A stretch of DNA of 64,000 nt from Candidatus Kapaibacterium sp. Lineage in GTDB: Bacteria > Bacteroidota > Ignavibacteria > Kapaibacteriales > UBA2268. Position numbers and translations under genes: made by a program. Positions 1 to 10,606 of the stretch are shown here, one piece after another. The first letter of the stretch is position 1. Each line of letters starts with the position of its first letter. The stretch is from contig OY761611.1 in assembly GCA_963664875.1 (NCBI GenBank), forward strand, positions 3,648,001 to 3,712,000, read 5' to 3'. The notes beneath the pieces are model-generated. The model was not told the origin of the DNA. It saw only the letters and a list, made by a program, of their open reading frames with translations, and did not search any database.

Positions 1-580
1 CAGGGTCGTGCTGAGTAGAAACTACGATAGTGTCAACTCTTTTGATTTCTTTAGTAAATCTGTCATATTCCAAAGTTACCTGAGATTTAGAGTCAGGGCG
101 GAGGTATTTCATGATTTTACCTTCTTTTCTGATTTTTGCTAATTTGTGAACTAATCTGTGAGAATAGATTAGAGTAGCAGGCATCAATTCAGGAGTTTCA
201 TCAACAGCATAGCCAAACATCATACCCTGATCACCGGCTCCTCCGGTATTAACACCCATAGCGATGTCATTAGACTGTGAGTTGATAACATTGATAACAG
301 AGCAAGACTCAGCGTCAAATCTATAGTCGCCATTGTTGTAGCCAATATCTCTGATAACGCCTCTTACGATTTCAGGCAAGTCAATATATGTATTAGTAGT
401 TATTTCACCACCAACCACAATCATACCGGTAGCAGCAAAGCATTCGCAAGCCACACGGCTCATTGGGTCGTCTTTTAGCATTGCGTCAAGCACTGCATCA
501 GAGACTTGATCGCAAATTTTATCAGGATGTCCTTCTGAAACAGATTCAGAAGTAAATAAAAATGTATTTTTTAATGACAT
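1..580 (-). CDS. metK: S-adenosylmethionine synthetase (runs off window start)
   Basis: Reverse strand reads [32 protein letters not shown]...[12 protein letters not shown], the MetK signature motifs. Missing from the ORF track because it is truncated. Confidence 0.97.
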   Translation of the reverse strand, partial: MSLKNTFLFTSESVSEGHPDKICDQVSDAVLDAMLKDDPMSRVACECFAATGMIVVGGEITTNTYIDLPEIVRGVIRDIGYNNGDYRFDAESCSVINVINSQSNDIAMGVNTGGAGDQGMMFGYAVDETPELMPATLIYSHRLVHKLAKIRKEGKIMKYLRPDSKSQVTLEYDRFTKEIKRVDTIVVSTQHDP

Positions 581-597
581 TTTAGAAAGCCCATAAA

Positions 598-1572
598 TTA
601 TTTGAGATTGATTTCACTTGAACTGCCGACATTATAGCTTAGGAACTGTCCGTTTACCATGGCGTCGTTACCAATGATGGATTGTTCCAGCAAAGAAGCT
701 TCTACTCTCGCACCATCGCTTAAGATAGAGTTCCTTACAATACTGTCTTTTACCACAGCTCCTGCTGCAACGGTTGCATAAGGCCCGATAATAGAGCGCT
801 CGACAACAGCATCATCAGCGATGAAGCTTGGTTCTAAAACCACTGATTCTTTCATCGGTCTGACAGAAGATTTAGTATCTAATAGGTATCTGTTTGTAGA
901 AAGGAGAGTTTCCTTTTTACCGCAGTCGTACCATGCTTCCACAGGGAAAGTGTCCATAGCTTCGCCTTTTTCAATCATAAGTTGCAAGGCATCTGTAAGC
1001 TGGTATTCGCCGCGAGTTTTGATATCATTATCGATAATTTCTTCGAGACAGGATTTGAATAAATCGGCATTTTTAAGATAATATATACCAACCAATGCAA
1101 GATTGGATATTGGTTTGTCAGGTTTTTCGATAAGTTTTTTGATTTTGCCGCCATCTTTGATTACAACGCCAAATCTTCTCGGATCTTCCACAGATTTAAC
1201 GCCCAAAGAAGAATTCCCGGAAGAGAAGGCAAGTTTCAGGTCAACATCGAATATTGTATCACCAAGGATAACGAGTAAAGGGTCGCCGTTGAATGTATCT
1301 TTAGCAGTCCAGATTGCATGACCCAAGCCAAGCTGCTCTTCCTGCTCTACGAAAGCCACATCCATATCATAGCGTTCATTTACGTATTTTTCTACGAGTT
1401 TGCCCATATAGCCTGTGATTATCGTAACTTTATTGATTCCCTGATCTTTCAGTTCATCTAAAATATGAGCAAGGATAGGTTTCCCGGCTACGTTAAGCAA
1501 CACTTTTGGTAAAGTGTAAGTATGGGGTCTCAGTCTTGTGCCGACTCCGGCAACAGGTATAATAGCTCTCAT
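598..1572 (-). CDS. Sugar-phosphate nucleotidyltransferase (glucose-1-phosphate thymidylyltransferase-like) with C-terminal left-handed beta-helix
   Basis: [17 protein letters not shown] and [11 protein letters not shown] motifs; hexapeptide-repeat tail. Confidence 0.9.
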   Translation of the reverse strand: MRAIIPVAGVGTRLRPHTYTLPKVLLNVAGKPILAHILDELKDQGINKVTIITGYMGKLVEKYVNERYDMDVAFVEQEEQLGLGHAIWTAKDTFNGDPLLVILGDTIFDVDLKLAFSSGNSSLGVKSVEDPRRFGVVIKDGGKIKKLIEKPDKPISNLALVGIYYLKNADLFKSCLEEIIDNDIKTRGEYQLTDALQLMIEKGEAMDTFPVEAWYDCGKKETLLSTNRYLLDTKSSVRPMKESVVLEPSFIADDAVVERSIIGPYATVAAGAVVKDSIVRNSILSDGARVEASLLEQSIIGNDAMVNGQFLSYNVGSSSEINLK

Positions 1573-2186
1573 ATCACTCGTATATTAAATTTGAATAAAT
1601 ATCAGAAATCAAAAATACAATTTTTTTTTCTCTTTTGTAAGCATTGTTTGCTTATTCTCACTACTGCAGCTAATCGCAATAGAGTTATATAAAAATATGG
1701 ACAACTCTGTTTCATTCACTTTTACATATTTATTACCGACTTGCAATAGTTCTTGTCAGCATCATAAATAAGCTATAGCTAAGTTAAAATAGGACTGTAA
1801 TAGTACTAATTAACTTAGTTTATTGTATGAACTTAGGAAACACAGATAAAGTGACGTAAGTAACTAATAATCAGTGCAATAATGTAGATTTTATAAGCTG
1901 AGATATTTGTCATTTTGGTTAACTTAGTGTCTGTTAGTTTTATCAAAAAAACCAAAACTCAAAAGCTTAGCTAATAGAAAAACTAAGGTAAAAATCATAT
2001 TCAATATATATAATATGTTTGATATTTCTATTGAAACTACGTTGATAAGCCTCTAATGCTGCAATTATATGGGTTTATTTGAGCTTATACAAAGTTTGTA
2101 ATCGCAATCTATCTTTATAGATACAAAAAAAGCTAAGATTTTGTTATCTTTGTTGTTTGATACAATCAAAAAACGGAAACATAAAT

Positions 2187-3026
2187 ATGCAGGAAAATAT
2201 TCAAAATATAATCGGCAAAGAATATAAATGTCTCGAACACGGCTTTATCCGCTTGGTTGACGTAATGGGAGATGATGCGGCTATTGTGCAGGCAGCCAGA
2301 GTGTCCTACGGACAGGGAACTAAAACCGTAAACGAAGACAGAGGTCTAATCAGATATCTGATGAGGCATAAACACACCAGCCCTTTTGAAATGGTTGAGC
2401 TCAAATTTCATGTCAAGCTTCCTATTTTCATTGCGAGGCAGTGGATACGCCACCGCACAGCAAATGTGAACGAGTACAGCGGAAGATATTCGGAAATGAA
2501 GGACGAATGTTATTTGCCGGAATTAGAGCAAATCAGGTTGCAGGCGAAAAATAATAAGCAGGGGAGAGCTGACGAAACTCTCGAAAGCAATGATGCAGGG
2601 ACTGTAAGAGACATTCTATCATCAGGGCAGACTGCTGCATTTACAGATTATAAATCAATGCTTGATTTGGGGCTTGCTCGCGAAATCGCGCGTATCAATC
2701 TGCCTTTATCTACATATACTGAATGGTATTGGAAAATAGACCTGCACAATTTACTCCATTTTATCCGCTTAAGGCTCGACTCTCACGCACAGTACGAGAT
2801 TAGAGTTTATGCTGAAGCTATAGCGGAAATGCTTAAAATTATTGTCCCTCTTACATGGGAGGCATTCGAAGATTTTACACTGTACAATATAAACTTTTCG
2901 AGAAAAGAAATAGAAGTACTCAAACAAATCATAAGCGAATTCCCTGATAATAATTTGCTCGAAAAGCACGGATTGAAATCAGGAGAAGCCCGCGAATTTT
3001 TAGAAAAGTTAGAGAAATTGAAATAG
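2187..3026 (+). CDS. thyX: FAD-dependent thymidylate synthase
   Basis: ThyX motif RHRTANVNEYSGRY, plus HTSPFE and AREIARINLP. ATG at 2187 preferred over TTG at 2157. Confidence 0.96.
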   Translation: MQENIQNIIGKEYKCLEHGFIRLVDVMGDDAAIVQAARVSYGQGTKTVNEDRGLIRYLMRHKHTSPFEMVELKFHVKLPIFIARQWIRHRTANVNEYSGRYSEMKDECYLPELEQIRLQAKNNKQGRADETLESNDAGTVRDILSSGQTAAFTDYKSMLDLGLAREIARINLPLSTYTEWYWKIDLHNLLHFIRLRLDSHAQYEIRVYAEAIAEMLKIIVPLTWEAFEDFTLYNINFSRKEIEVLKQIISEFPDNNLLEKHGLKSGEAREFLEKLEKLK

Positions 3027-3037
3027 GATTACAAAAA

Positions 3038-3742
3038 ATGAGATTGCTTAAATTATTGCTGCTTTTAGTTTTTACTTTCACTTTTGTCTATGCTGCCAAT
3101 GTCGAAACCGTGCTTAATAGGCACATGGAAGCAAGAGGCGGTAAGGAAGCCTTTGGTAAAATCAATTCGTTTAAAATCAAAGGTACTATCACCACGCCGG
3201 AAATCAAAGCCAAATTCGAGTTGGTATATAAGTACCCCAATAAAATTAAAAATACTATCAGAGATGAAGCAGGTGCCTCTGTTTATATCATAGACGGTGA
3301 CAACAGCTACTTCAAAAATGCTCATACAAAAGACCTGCTGGCAAAGCAAATGCCGGAAGAAATGCAGGCAAATTTTATCGAAAGATCTGATTTTATAGAA
3401 GGCAGTCTCATAAATTCTAAAACAAAGGGAATTAAGACTACTTTTCTAAAAAAAGCAATAGTTGATAACAGGACTGCCTATTTGATTCAAATGAATTACT
3501 ATTATGGCAAAGAGGCTATTGCCTGCATCGACGCTACCACTTACGAACATTACAAAACATATATAGACATCGACAGTACTCATATTGATATGTTTTATAG
3601 CGACTATAAAGAAAAATCCGGTATCATGGTTCCTTTTAGAAGAATCAGCAAAGTGAACGGCAAAATGATAGAAGACGTAAAAGTAGATAAATTGGAAATC
3701 AATCCTAAAGTAGATGATCATATTTTCCAGGATTTGAACTAA
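3038..3742 (+). CDS. Secreted LolA-like / outer-membrane lipoprotein-sorting family protein
   Basis: Signal peptide; 'VLNRHMEARGGKEA' N-terminus and 'YSDYKE..GIMVPF...EINPKVDDHIF' C-terminus are typical of this family. Confidence 0.65.
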   Translation: MRLLKLLLLLVFTFTFVYAANVETVLNRHMEARGGKEAFGKINSFKIKGTITTPEIKAKFELVYKYPNKIKNTIRDEAGASVYIIDGDNSYFKNAHTKDLLAKQMPEEMQANFIERSDFIEGSLINSKTKGIKTTFLKKAIVDNRTAYLIQMNYYYGKEAIACIDATTYEHYKTYIDIDSTHIDMFYSDYKEKSGIMVPFRRISKVNGKMIEDVKVDKLEINPKVDDHIFQDLN

Positions 3743-3776
3743 AAAAGCAAGATTGGATGCAGTCGAAATTAATTTA

Positions 3777-3822
3777 AACTCAGGGTACATCTTTCTAACA
3801 TTGTATCCTGAGTTTTTTTTTT
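3777..3822 (+). terminator. Rho-independent terminator
   Basis: aaactcagggtaca...tgtatcctgagttt stem followed by a T run downstream of the 3742 stop. Confidence 0.7.
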
Positions 3823-3870
3823 CTAATTATGTTATTAGTAATACTAATTGAGTCATTATCTTGTACAAGG

Positions 3871-4134
3871 GAGGCTGTCTCATAAGTACCCTTTAGATTT
3901 TATTAGACTTATTTAGTGCGAAAAATATTAATACAATATGAGGCTGAATGCCTCAAATATATTAGCCCGGGGCAACGCCCGTGGAAAGATAAGACATTGA
4001 AATATAGAGCCCTGTAAGGGCGACCAGCTTGAGACGCAATCATTGTGTCTCTACATTTTGCTTAACTCAATTCACATAATGTATTGAGTAATCGTCAAGT
4101 TAATATAGATTGTTATGACTTACGAAACAGCCTC
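3871..4134. mobile_element. MITE-like element with terminal inverted repeats and internal REP-like hairpins
   Basis: GAGGCTGTCTCATAAGT ... ACTTACGAAACAGCCTC ends. Internal hairpins agcccggggcaacgcccgtgg, agccctgtaagggc and gagacgcaatcattgtgtctc. No ORF. Confidence 0.75.
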
Positions 4135-4319
4135 TTCAACAATGCAACACGTAAGATTTACTTACAAGAAAGAATTGTTTTTTTACCGGATAATACTTGA
4201 TGTAGCAGGTATATTAGACTTCTAATGATAATTTCCGGATTAACTATTCTTTATTTTGTTTTCTCGCTTTGTTTGCGGATTTTTGAAGTCTTTAAAATTT
4301 GAATACTCCAGAGACTATA

Positions 4320-5423
4320 ATGAAGAAGAAAGTGCTGATTATTTACACCGGTGGCACTATCGGTATGAAAAAATCTGACAAAGGCTATGTGCCGGATCCT
4401 GATTTTGCAATAAAAGTTAGGCAAATTCCCGAGCTTTACGAACCGGGGATGCCGACATTTGATATTTTGTCTTTAGACCCAATACTCGATTCTTCTAATA
4501 TGAATCCTGCTGATTGGGATCACATTGTCAGAGTTATTTATGAAAACTACTCTGATTACGATGGTTTTATCGTCCTGCACGGCACTGATACCATGGCTTA
4601 TACAGCTTCAGCTCTTTCTTTTATGCTCGAAAATCTGAATTCTCCCGTTATTGTTACAGGTTCTCAAATTCCTATGTGTGAAGTCAGAAATGATGCAAGG
4701 GATAATATTATTACTTCTTTGCTTATTTGCGGAAGCATAGGGGAGGAGCTTAAAGGTAAAGTTACCCTATATTTCGAAAATAAGCTTATGCTTGGTTGCA
4801 GAACTGTTAAAACCGATGCAGTTGGTTTCTCTGCTTTCGAATCTCCTAATTTTCCTCCTGTTGCGAATGTGGGTGTTAAAATCAATATCAATCAGTTTAC
4901 TCATGGTATTGATTTCAATCCAAGCGTGTTCAAAGCCCCGGAAGAATCACCGGTTGAGGATATGGTGCCGGCTCCGAGAGAAGATGAGGACGGCAAATTC
5001 CACTTCATCGAAGGAGACAAAGGGAAAAAGTTTGAAGTTGCAGTAATTAGGCTGTTTCCGGGGATCTCCGGTGATTTTATGCGTAACATCATGCAGCCGC
5101 CGCTTAAAGGGCTTGTCATAGAGGCGTATGGCGTCGGTAATGGTCCCTCAAAAGAGAGCAACCCTGAGCTTTTTGATGCTATCAAAGCAGGGACAGACAA
5201 AGGCATCGTAGCAGTCGCTGTTACTCAATGCCTGCGTGGCGGCATTATGCTCGATCAGTACGAAGCTTCGCTCAAATCAGCTGGTGTTATCAGCGGAAAA
5301 GATATGACTACAGAGGCTGCTCTTGCAAAACTCTATTATTTAATAAGCAAAAAGCAATATTCCGAAAAAGAAGTTCGCAATCTGATTGGAAAAAACCTTA
5401 GAGGAGAACTAACCGATATATAG
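4320..5423 (+). CDS. ansA: L-asparaginase type I (cytoplasmic)
   Basis: YTGGTIGM, HGTDTMAY, TGSQIP and DMTTEAALAKL motifs. Confidence 0.93.
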   Translation: MKKKVLIIYTGGTIGMKKSDKGYVPDPDFAIKVRQIPELYEPGMPTFDILSLDPILDSSNMNPADWDHIVRVIYENYSDYDGFIVLHGTDTMAYTASALSFMLENLNSPVIVTGSQIPMCEVRNDARDNIITSLLICGSIGEELKGKVTLYFENKLMLGCRTVKTDAVGFSAFESPNFPPVANVGVKININQFTHGIDFNPSVFKAPEESPVEDMVPAPREDEDGKFHFIEGDKGKKFEVAVIRLFPGISGDFMRNIMQPPLKGLVIEAYGVGNGPSKESNPELFDAIKAGTDKGIVAVAVTQCLRGGIMLDQYEASLKSAGVISGKDMTTEAALAKLYYLISKKQYSEKEVRNLIGKNLRGELTDI

Positions 5424-5478
5424 GAGCCTCATTTTCTTTTTAGATGTAAAAGAGAAAAATTTTGGGATTTGATATTAG

Positions 5479-5526
5479 CAAAAAAAACAGTAGAGAAAAA
5501 ATTTACTTCACTACTGTTTTTTTTTG
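5479..5526. terminator. Bidirectional terminator between ansA and the convergent T9SS gene
   Basis: aaaaaaaacagtagag...cactactgtttttttt inverted repeat with A/T tails. Confidence 0.7.
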
Positions 5527-5542
5527 ATGAAATCTATGATTA

Positions 5543-7015
5543 CTACTCTACTACAAATCCTTGAGATTTTTTTTCTATTCCGTTATCTATGACTAAGTAA
5601 TAAATACCTTTCTTCATATCCATGGTGTTGATTCTTTTGAGAGCAATTGCAGTTGTCGGGTCATATTCGAAATTGTTATCAAGCTTGCTCACAAGTTCCC
5701 CGATATAATTGTAGATGCTGAAGGAAGTCTTGCCTTTCGACTCAGGGTGTAGGTAAAAGCTGACATCTGTATATGTTTGTGCAGGGTTGGGTATTGCGTT
5801 AAAAGTAACTAAAGAAGGAATGGATTCGATTACATCAGTATCTGTAGCAAATGGGTCATACGCGATTACTCCTTGATACGCAGGAGCTGCTTGATTTCCA
5901 TCCGGATATATTATAACTCCGAACCACATCAGAGAGTCAGGAGTTACTTTGAATAGATGTCCGATGTAGCTATATGGTGGATTTTTTAATTCTAAATATG
6001 TATAAGTATTCGAATCTTTCGATTTATAATATAGCGAGGATTTTTGGACGTCCATACTTTTACCGTCTGTAAATATTACAAATCTGATGTCGTAGATATC
6101 ACAACTTCCGTTAGAATGAAATCCTGCAACATTATAAGTCTCCATATTTTCTTTCTCGTTTTCTACTATTTCAGGATGCCACTCTAATTTGTCTTCTAAG
6201 CCAACCTCTAATGTATTTAGATTGAATGAATAGATATTAGTACTTATAGGAGAGCAAAAGTGTAACTTATCCCTTATCTCATAAATAGTATTTATGTTTA
6301 GGGATTGCCAAAAGTTTTGTTCTAATTTATTGATACTGTCAATTACATAGTAATTATTATGACCTTGCTTGTCGAAACTTGCAATGCTGAGTTTTTCTTT
6401 TATGGCTAAATACCAATACTTTTTGTTGTAATTATATATTCCATTAGTGTTTGATAATGGGAACCCACCACTATTTTCAGATTTGATAATATCAAATGTA
6501 AAGTTATCTGAATTGAAAAAAATGAATCCCGGAAACGAAATAGTTGTTAATACAAATTTTTTGCCGATAAAACACCAGTTACCGTTTCCCAGATTATAAA
6601 TATAGTATATTGTCAAAGAATCCAAATCTTCGAGATAATCATTTAATCTGTATATGGAATCATTCCTTACAAATAGTAAATCTTGATTGTACTTTGTGAT
6701 ATATCCTTTCTCACTGTATTCAGTATATGGATCAACAGCATCTTTAAGTCCATTGCCTCTTTCAAAAACCTGATATTTGTAGAAATGATTGTCGTCCTCC
6801 AATATTTCAATTGGAATCAATGTATCACCGTCCTTACTAATCCAATTTGAATATAAAGTGCTGACATAAATATTATATAGCGAGTCGTAATCTACATCTA
6901 TTATAGCAGGCAAGTCTTTTGTTTTGCCCATTATAAGAGGTTTGCTCCATTTTCCTGCTTCTGTCGAAGACGTATAAATAAGCAAAATAAATAAAGTATA
7001 TAAATATAATTTCAT
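5543..7015 (-). CDS. Secreted beta-rich (propeller-like) protein with T9SS type-A C-terminal sorting domain
   Basis: Signal peptide MKLYLYTLFILLIYTSSTEA. CTD motifs PNPA...IYNYIGELV...GIYYLVI. Paralogous to 60809-62239 and 63144-64000. Confidence 0.8.
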   Translation of the reverse strand: MKLYLYTLFILLIYTSSTEAGKWSKPLIMGKTKDLPAIIDVDYDSLYNIYVSTLYSNWISKDGDTLIPIEILEDDNHFYKYQVFERGNGLKDAVDPYTEYSEKGYITKYNQDLLFVRNDSIYRLNDYLEDLDSLTIYYIYNLGNGNWCFIGKKFVLTTISFPGFIFFNSDNFTFDIIKSENSGGFPLSNTNGIYNYNKKYWYLAIKEKLSIASFDKQGHNNYYVIDSINKLEQNFWQSLNINTIYEIRDKLHFCSPISTNIYSFNLNTLEVGLEDKLEWHPEIVENEKENMETYNVAGFHSNGSCDIYDIRFVIFTDGKSMDVQKSSLYYKSKDSNTYTYLELKNPPYSYIGHLFKVTPDSLMWFGVIIYPDGNQAAPAYQGVIAYDPFATDTDVIESIPSLVTFNAIPNPAQTYTDVSFYLHPESKGKTSFSIYNYIGELVSKLDNNFEYDPTTAIALKRINTMDMKKGIYYLVIDNGIEKKSQGFVVE

Positions 7016-7100
7016 ATGACCTTCTCTTTTACATTGTTTGGGTGGAAATTGTAGTAGGTACAACTAAATATTGTACCTACTTATTTTACTTTATTTTATT

Positions 7101-7844
7101 TTATTGTTCGTCACACCTAATAACACATTCGACCCTAACCGGCTGAGTAATGTCATTATTCAGATAATATCGAATAGATTCAGGGCATTGATCAAAAACA
7201 TCAAGCTTCCTGGATACTAATGATGAGAATGCTCTTAATTCATTGAATTCAGGATACCATTTCCAGCAAATCTGATATTGACTTTCACAGTAGGACTCTT
7301 GTGCGCATTTTTTTCTCCCGTAATAATCTTTGATGGTTGTCGTTCCGTCAGGATTTACAGTAGGCAAAGAATAGAGTAATACAAAATCTTTTGAATCGCA
7401 GCTTGCTAAAGAAAGAGTTACAACATTGTTCGTGGCTAAACCAGTTTGGTCACAAAATGGAATTTGATTACCTTGGTTATGGATTGCTACCATTACCAGT
7501 GTCTTGATATAATCTTCCCACAAGCTCCAATATCCAATGTCGAATATTTCCTGGACCTCTGATAAATCACATGGAGTCTCTGTTGGAACAAAGTAGATGT
7601 TTGTTACATAAAAATCATACATGCCCTGAAAATCTCCAGTGTATGCAGCATAGCAAAACTCAACATAAACATCAGCACATAGGATGTGATCTACTAAGAC
7701 AGTACCACCATAATGCCAAAACTGCCCTGCATCCGGGTCATCTGGAGGGCAGTCTCCTTGAGGTGGCTGTGCCAAACTTGTAAAAGAAATAAGTGAAAAC
7801 ATCATTGTTAGCAACAATGATACTAAGGTGTGTTTTTTTTTCAT
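7101..7844 (-). CDS. Secreted 12-cysteine protein of unknown function
   Basis: Signal peptide, AGGAG RBS, and 12 Cys in the same register as 62303-63025. Confidence 0.8.
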   Translation of the reverse strand: MKKKHTLVSLLLTMMFSLISFTSLAQPPQGDCPPDDPDAGQFWHYGGTVLVDHILCADVYVEFCYAAYTGDFQGMYDFYVTNIYFVPTETPCDLSEVQEIFDIGYWSLWEDYIKTLVMVAIHNQGNQIPFCDQTGLATNNVVTLSLASCDSKDFVLLYSLPTVNPDGTTTIKDYYGRKKCAQESYCESQYQICWKWYPEFNELRAFSSLVSRKLDVFDQCPESIRYYLNNDITQPVRVECVIRCDEQ

Positions 7845-8202
7845 AAAAAAACTCCTAAAATAAATTGATAGAATGATTAGAATGTATTGGTACCAAAAAG
7901 CTGATATTATAACTGAATCATTACAATATCACAGCCAATTCTAATTTATAAAATATGATTTATATATGCAAATAAAATATCAAAATATTATGTATATAAA
8001 TAAAAATATATAGTAATACTGTGAGTAGAGTTACTTGAGGTAAATCTTATGTAGAAGTATAATAAAATAAGTTTAGTAAAGCTATTAAACCTTGATATTA
8101 TAGAATAAAAGCTGAATTCAATTTGATATTAATGGCAGCTGATAACGTTTTGTTGGCGGGGAATTTCTCTTTTTTGCGATTTCTTATGTCGCTTAGTGCA
8201 AT

Positions 8203-8239
8203 AAAAAAAGCCAACCTTCTGTTAAAAAAGGTTGGCTTT
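8203..8239 (-). terminator. Rho-independent terminator
   Basis: aaaaaaagccaacctt...aaggttggcttt hairpin downstream of the 8268 stop. Confidence 0.75.
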
Positions 8240-8267
8240 GACTCAAATTTCAGTCGTTTTATATATA

Positions 8268-8960
8268 TTAGTCAACTAAGCAAGGATGTTCGATAGTTTC
8301 AAGCCAAGCTTTCCACATTTCTAACTGAGTGTCGTCTAAAATAGCTTCAATTGAACTAATCATTTCATTGAAACATTCGCACATAGCCAATTCGAAAGCT
8401 GCATGAGCTTCAGAATTTTGGATAGTTTCTCTCATTGTAGTATTTAGAGCGTCAAGTTGAGCACGAACTTCTTCGCGAGTGATTTCACCGTTTTTATACG
8501 CAGTGATGATTGCTAATCTTTCTTCTCTTGCCTGAGCAAAAATATCTTCCAAAGCAAGTCTTAAAGTCATTTTAGCTTCGAAAATGCAAGCATAATGAGC
8601 TTTTAGAATGTCCGGAACTAAAGCTAACTGCTCTTCGTTAAGTTCCATCTGAGCGAAAATTTCGCCAAATCTAAAAAATCGTTTACCCTTAGGAGGCATT
8701 TTGTCATTTTTTCCGCCTTTGTTGCCTTTGTCTCCTTTCATCATCATAGTGCCTTCGTACTGAGCAGGAATCATCTGCATATCAGTAGTCATTGTAGCTT
8801 CGTACAAGTCAGGAATAGTGTTTGCTTCGTCTAATTGAACGAAGTATTCTGCAGGTACATCGAAGTCACCGAGATCGACTCCGCCCATGTTTTCTTTGTC
8901 GCAGGAATAAAGACCGAATGTCAAAATGGCTGCAAAGAGTGCTAATAATGTCTTTTTCAT
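8268..8960 (-). CDS. Helical lipoprotein, Spy/CpxP-like periplasmic chaperone fold
   Basis: Lipobox (GLYSC); LNEEQ and LDDTQ LTxxQ-like motifs; all-alpha C-terminal half. Confidence 0.55.
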   Translation of the reverse strand: MKKTLLALFAAILTFGLYSCDKENMGGVDLGDFDVPAEYFVQLDEANTIPDLYEATMTTDMQMIPAQYEGTMMMKGDKGNKGGKNDKMPPKGKRFFRFGEIFAQMELNEEQLALVPDILKAHYACIFEAKMTLRLALEDIFAQAREERLAIITAYKNGEITREEVRAQLDALNTTMRETIQNSEAHAAFELAMCECFNEMISSIEAILDDTQLEMWKAWLETIEHPCLVD

Positions 8961-9161
8961 AGCAATTCCCCTTTAAAATGAGTGTGTAATGGTTTTAAAT
9001 TGTCAAACATCTGAACGTTCTGAATGTTTGATACTTTAAATACCCACAAGGTTTAAAGTGGTTGCAAAAAAAATAATGTCAATTGAAAAAAAAATTCCTT
9101 TTGAGCAATATAATCTCTGAAAAGCCTTGCTATCAGCGAGTATATCAAGAGAAAATTTTTT

Positions 9162-10205
9162 TTATTTTTCTAATTGATAGGGGTGAATCCCTTTCAAAAA
9201 CATTTCAGCTTCATTGACATCGTCTTCGCTGCCAATTATCACAGGGGTTCTTTGGTGTATAGAGTGAGGTTTGATACTTAATATCCTTCTTTCTCCGTCA
9301 ATTGCCCGTCCTCCGGCTTGTTCGACTATCATAGCCAAAGCGTTTGCCTCGTAAACTAATCGCAATTTTCCATTGGTATATTGAGAGTCTTTATAGTATA
9401 GATAAATACCACCATAGTGGAGAGTTCTGTGAATATCAGCGACACCTGTGGCGATATACCTTAGAGAGTAAGGTCGGTCGCCATCATCGGAAATCAAATT
9501 CAGATATTCCACATAATCCTGATTCCATTTGTGCCAGCGATTGAAATAGCCGACATTGGTAGAGTAAATATTGCCTTTTTGTGGTATTTTCAAATTTTTC
9601 TTCGTAAGCAAAAACTCGCCAAGAGTAGGGTCGTATGTAAATACATTAACACCATGTCCGGTTGTATAGACAAGGTTGGTCGATGAGCCATAAAGCACAT
9701 AGCCGGCAGCAACCTGCTTATATCCGGGTTGAAGCAAATCTTCCACTGTGCCCGGAGTTTCAGCTTTGAAGTCTAACCTTTTATAAACAGAAAAAATAGT
9801 ACCGATGGTAACATTAGCATCAATATTGTTGGAACCGTCTAATGGGTCAAAAGCAACTACATATTTGCCGTATCTGCCGTTGTCCGGTATGATTATATCA
9901 TCATTTTCTTCTGATGCCATGACACATACGTTCCCACCTTTGATTAGTGCACCTTTTATCACATCATTAGAATATGTGTCGAGCTTTCTGACCTGCTCGC
10001 CGTGAACATTAGTTTTTCTCGCCAATCCGAGTATATCATTGAGTCCGGCTCTTCTGACGTCTCTGGAGATAATACGGATTGCAAACGTAATATCATGTAA
10101 TAATGCTGAAAAATCACCTGTTGCTTCAGGGTGTAAATTTTCTTCCTGAGAAATATGGTGATCGATGGTTACTAATCTGTCAGTAGTAGAAAAAGGCATA
10201 ATCAT
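9162..10205 (-). CDS. fbp: Fructose-1,6-bisphosphatase class 1
   Basis: ASEE, FDPLDGS, GKLRLVYEANA and EQAGG motifs. Confidence 0.95.
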   Translation of the reverse strand: MIMPFSTTDRLVTIDHHISQEENLHPEATGDFSALLHDITFAIRIISRDVRRAGLNDILGLARKTNVHGEQVRKLDTYSNDVIKGALIKGGNVCVMASEENDDIIIPDNGRYGKYVVAFDPLDGSNNIDANVTIGTIFSVYKRLDFKAETPGTVEDLLQPGYKQVAAGYVLYGSSTNLVYTTGHGVNVFTYDPTLGEFLLTKKNLKIPQKGNIYSTNVGYFNRWHKWNQDYVEYLNLISDDGDRPYSLRYIATGVADIHRTLHYGGIYLYYKDSQYTNGKLRLVYEANALAMIVEQAGGRAIDGERRILSIKPHSIHQRTPVIIGSEDDVNEAEMFLKGIHPYQLEK

Positions 10206-10308
10206 ATCCGAGCATTGTTTAGTTTTAGTATAAACTTACAGTAAATTTCTTTATAAACAAAGTTAGACTTGCAAAATAGTAAAAAATTGTTCTAATCCTG
10301 CTTTTGTG

Positions 10309-10587
10309 CTATCCTTTTGCGAAGCTTTTGAACTGTTTCATTTTCAATCTGATAAATTGAACAGAGCAAGATAGCTCTTTAGCCAATTCTTTGCTGTCTC
10401 GTTTTCTATTTTCTTCAAGATATTTTCTAATAAAAGAATCCAATCGGGTTATCTTAGGTATATAAAATTGAGCTCCCGAGTTTGTCTCCATCAATTTTCT
10501 TACATTTTCTATTCCGATAATCGCTGCCAAATCTTGTAAATCATCAGTCAGGTCATCGAACTCGATTTTTGTGTAGATGTTTGCCAT
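10309..10587 (-). CDS. Mor/C-family (phage Mu middle-operon-regulator-like) transcription activator
   Basis: L..DLQDLAAIIGIENVRKLME..SGAQFYIPK followed by a C-terminal HTH (KELAKELSCSVQFI). GGGAG RBS. Confidence 0.75.
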   Translation of the reverse strand: MANIYTKIEFDDLTDDLQDLAAIIGIENVRKLMETNSGAQFYIPKITRLDSFIRKYLEENRKRDSKELAKELSCSVQFIRLKMKQFKSFAKG

Positions 10588-10606
10588 TTTGATTTCTCCC
10601 TATATG

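Noticed and set aside
1573-2186. Long AT-rich divergent intergenic region as oriC, riboswitch or ncRNA
   Set aside because: No DnaA-box cluster and no recognisable SAM or other riboswitch core; only short AACTTAG repeats, compatible with chance.
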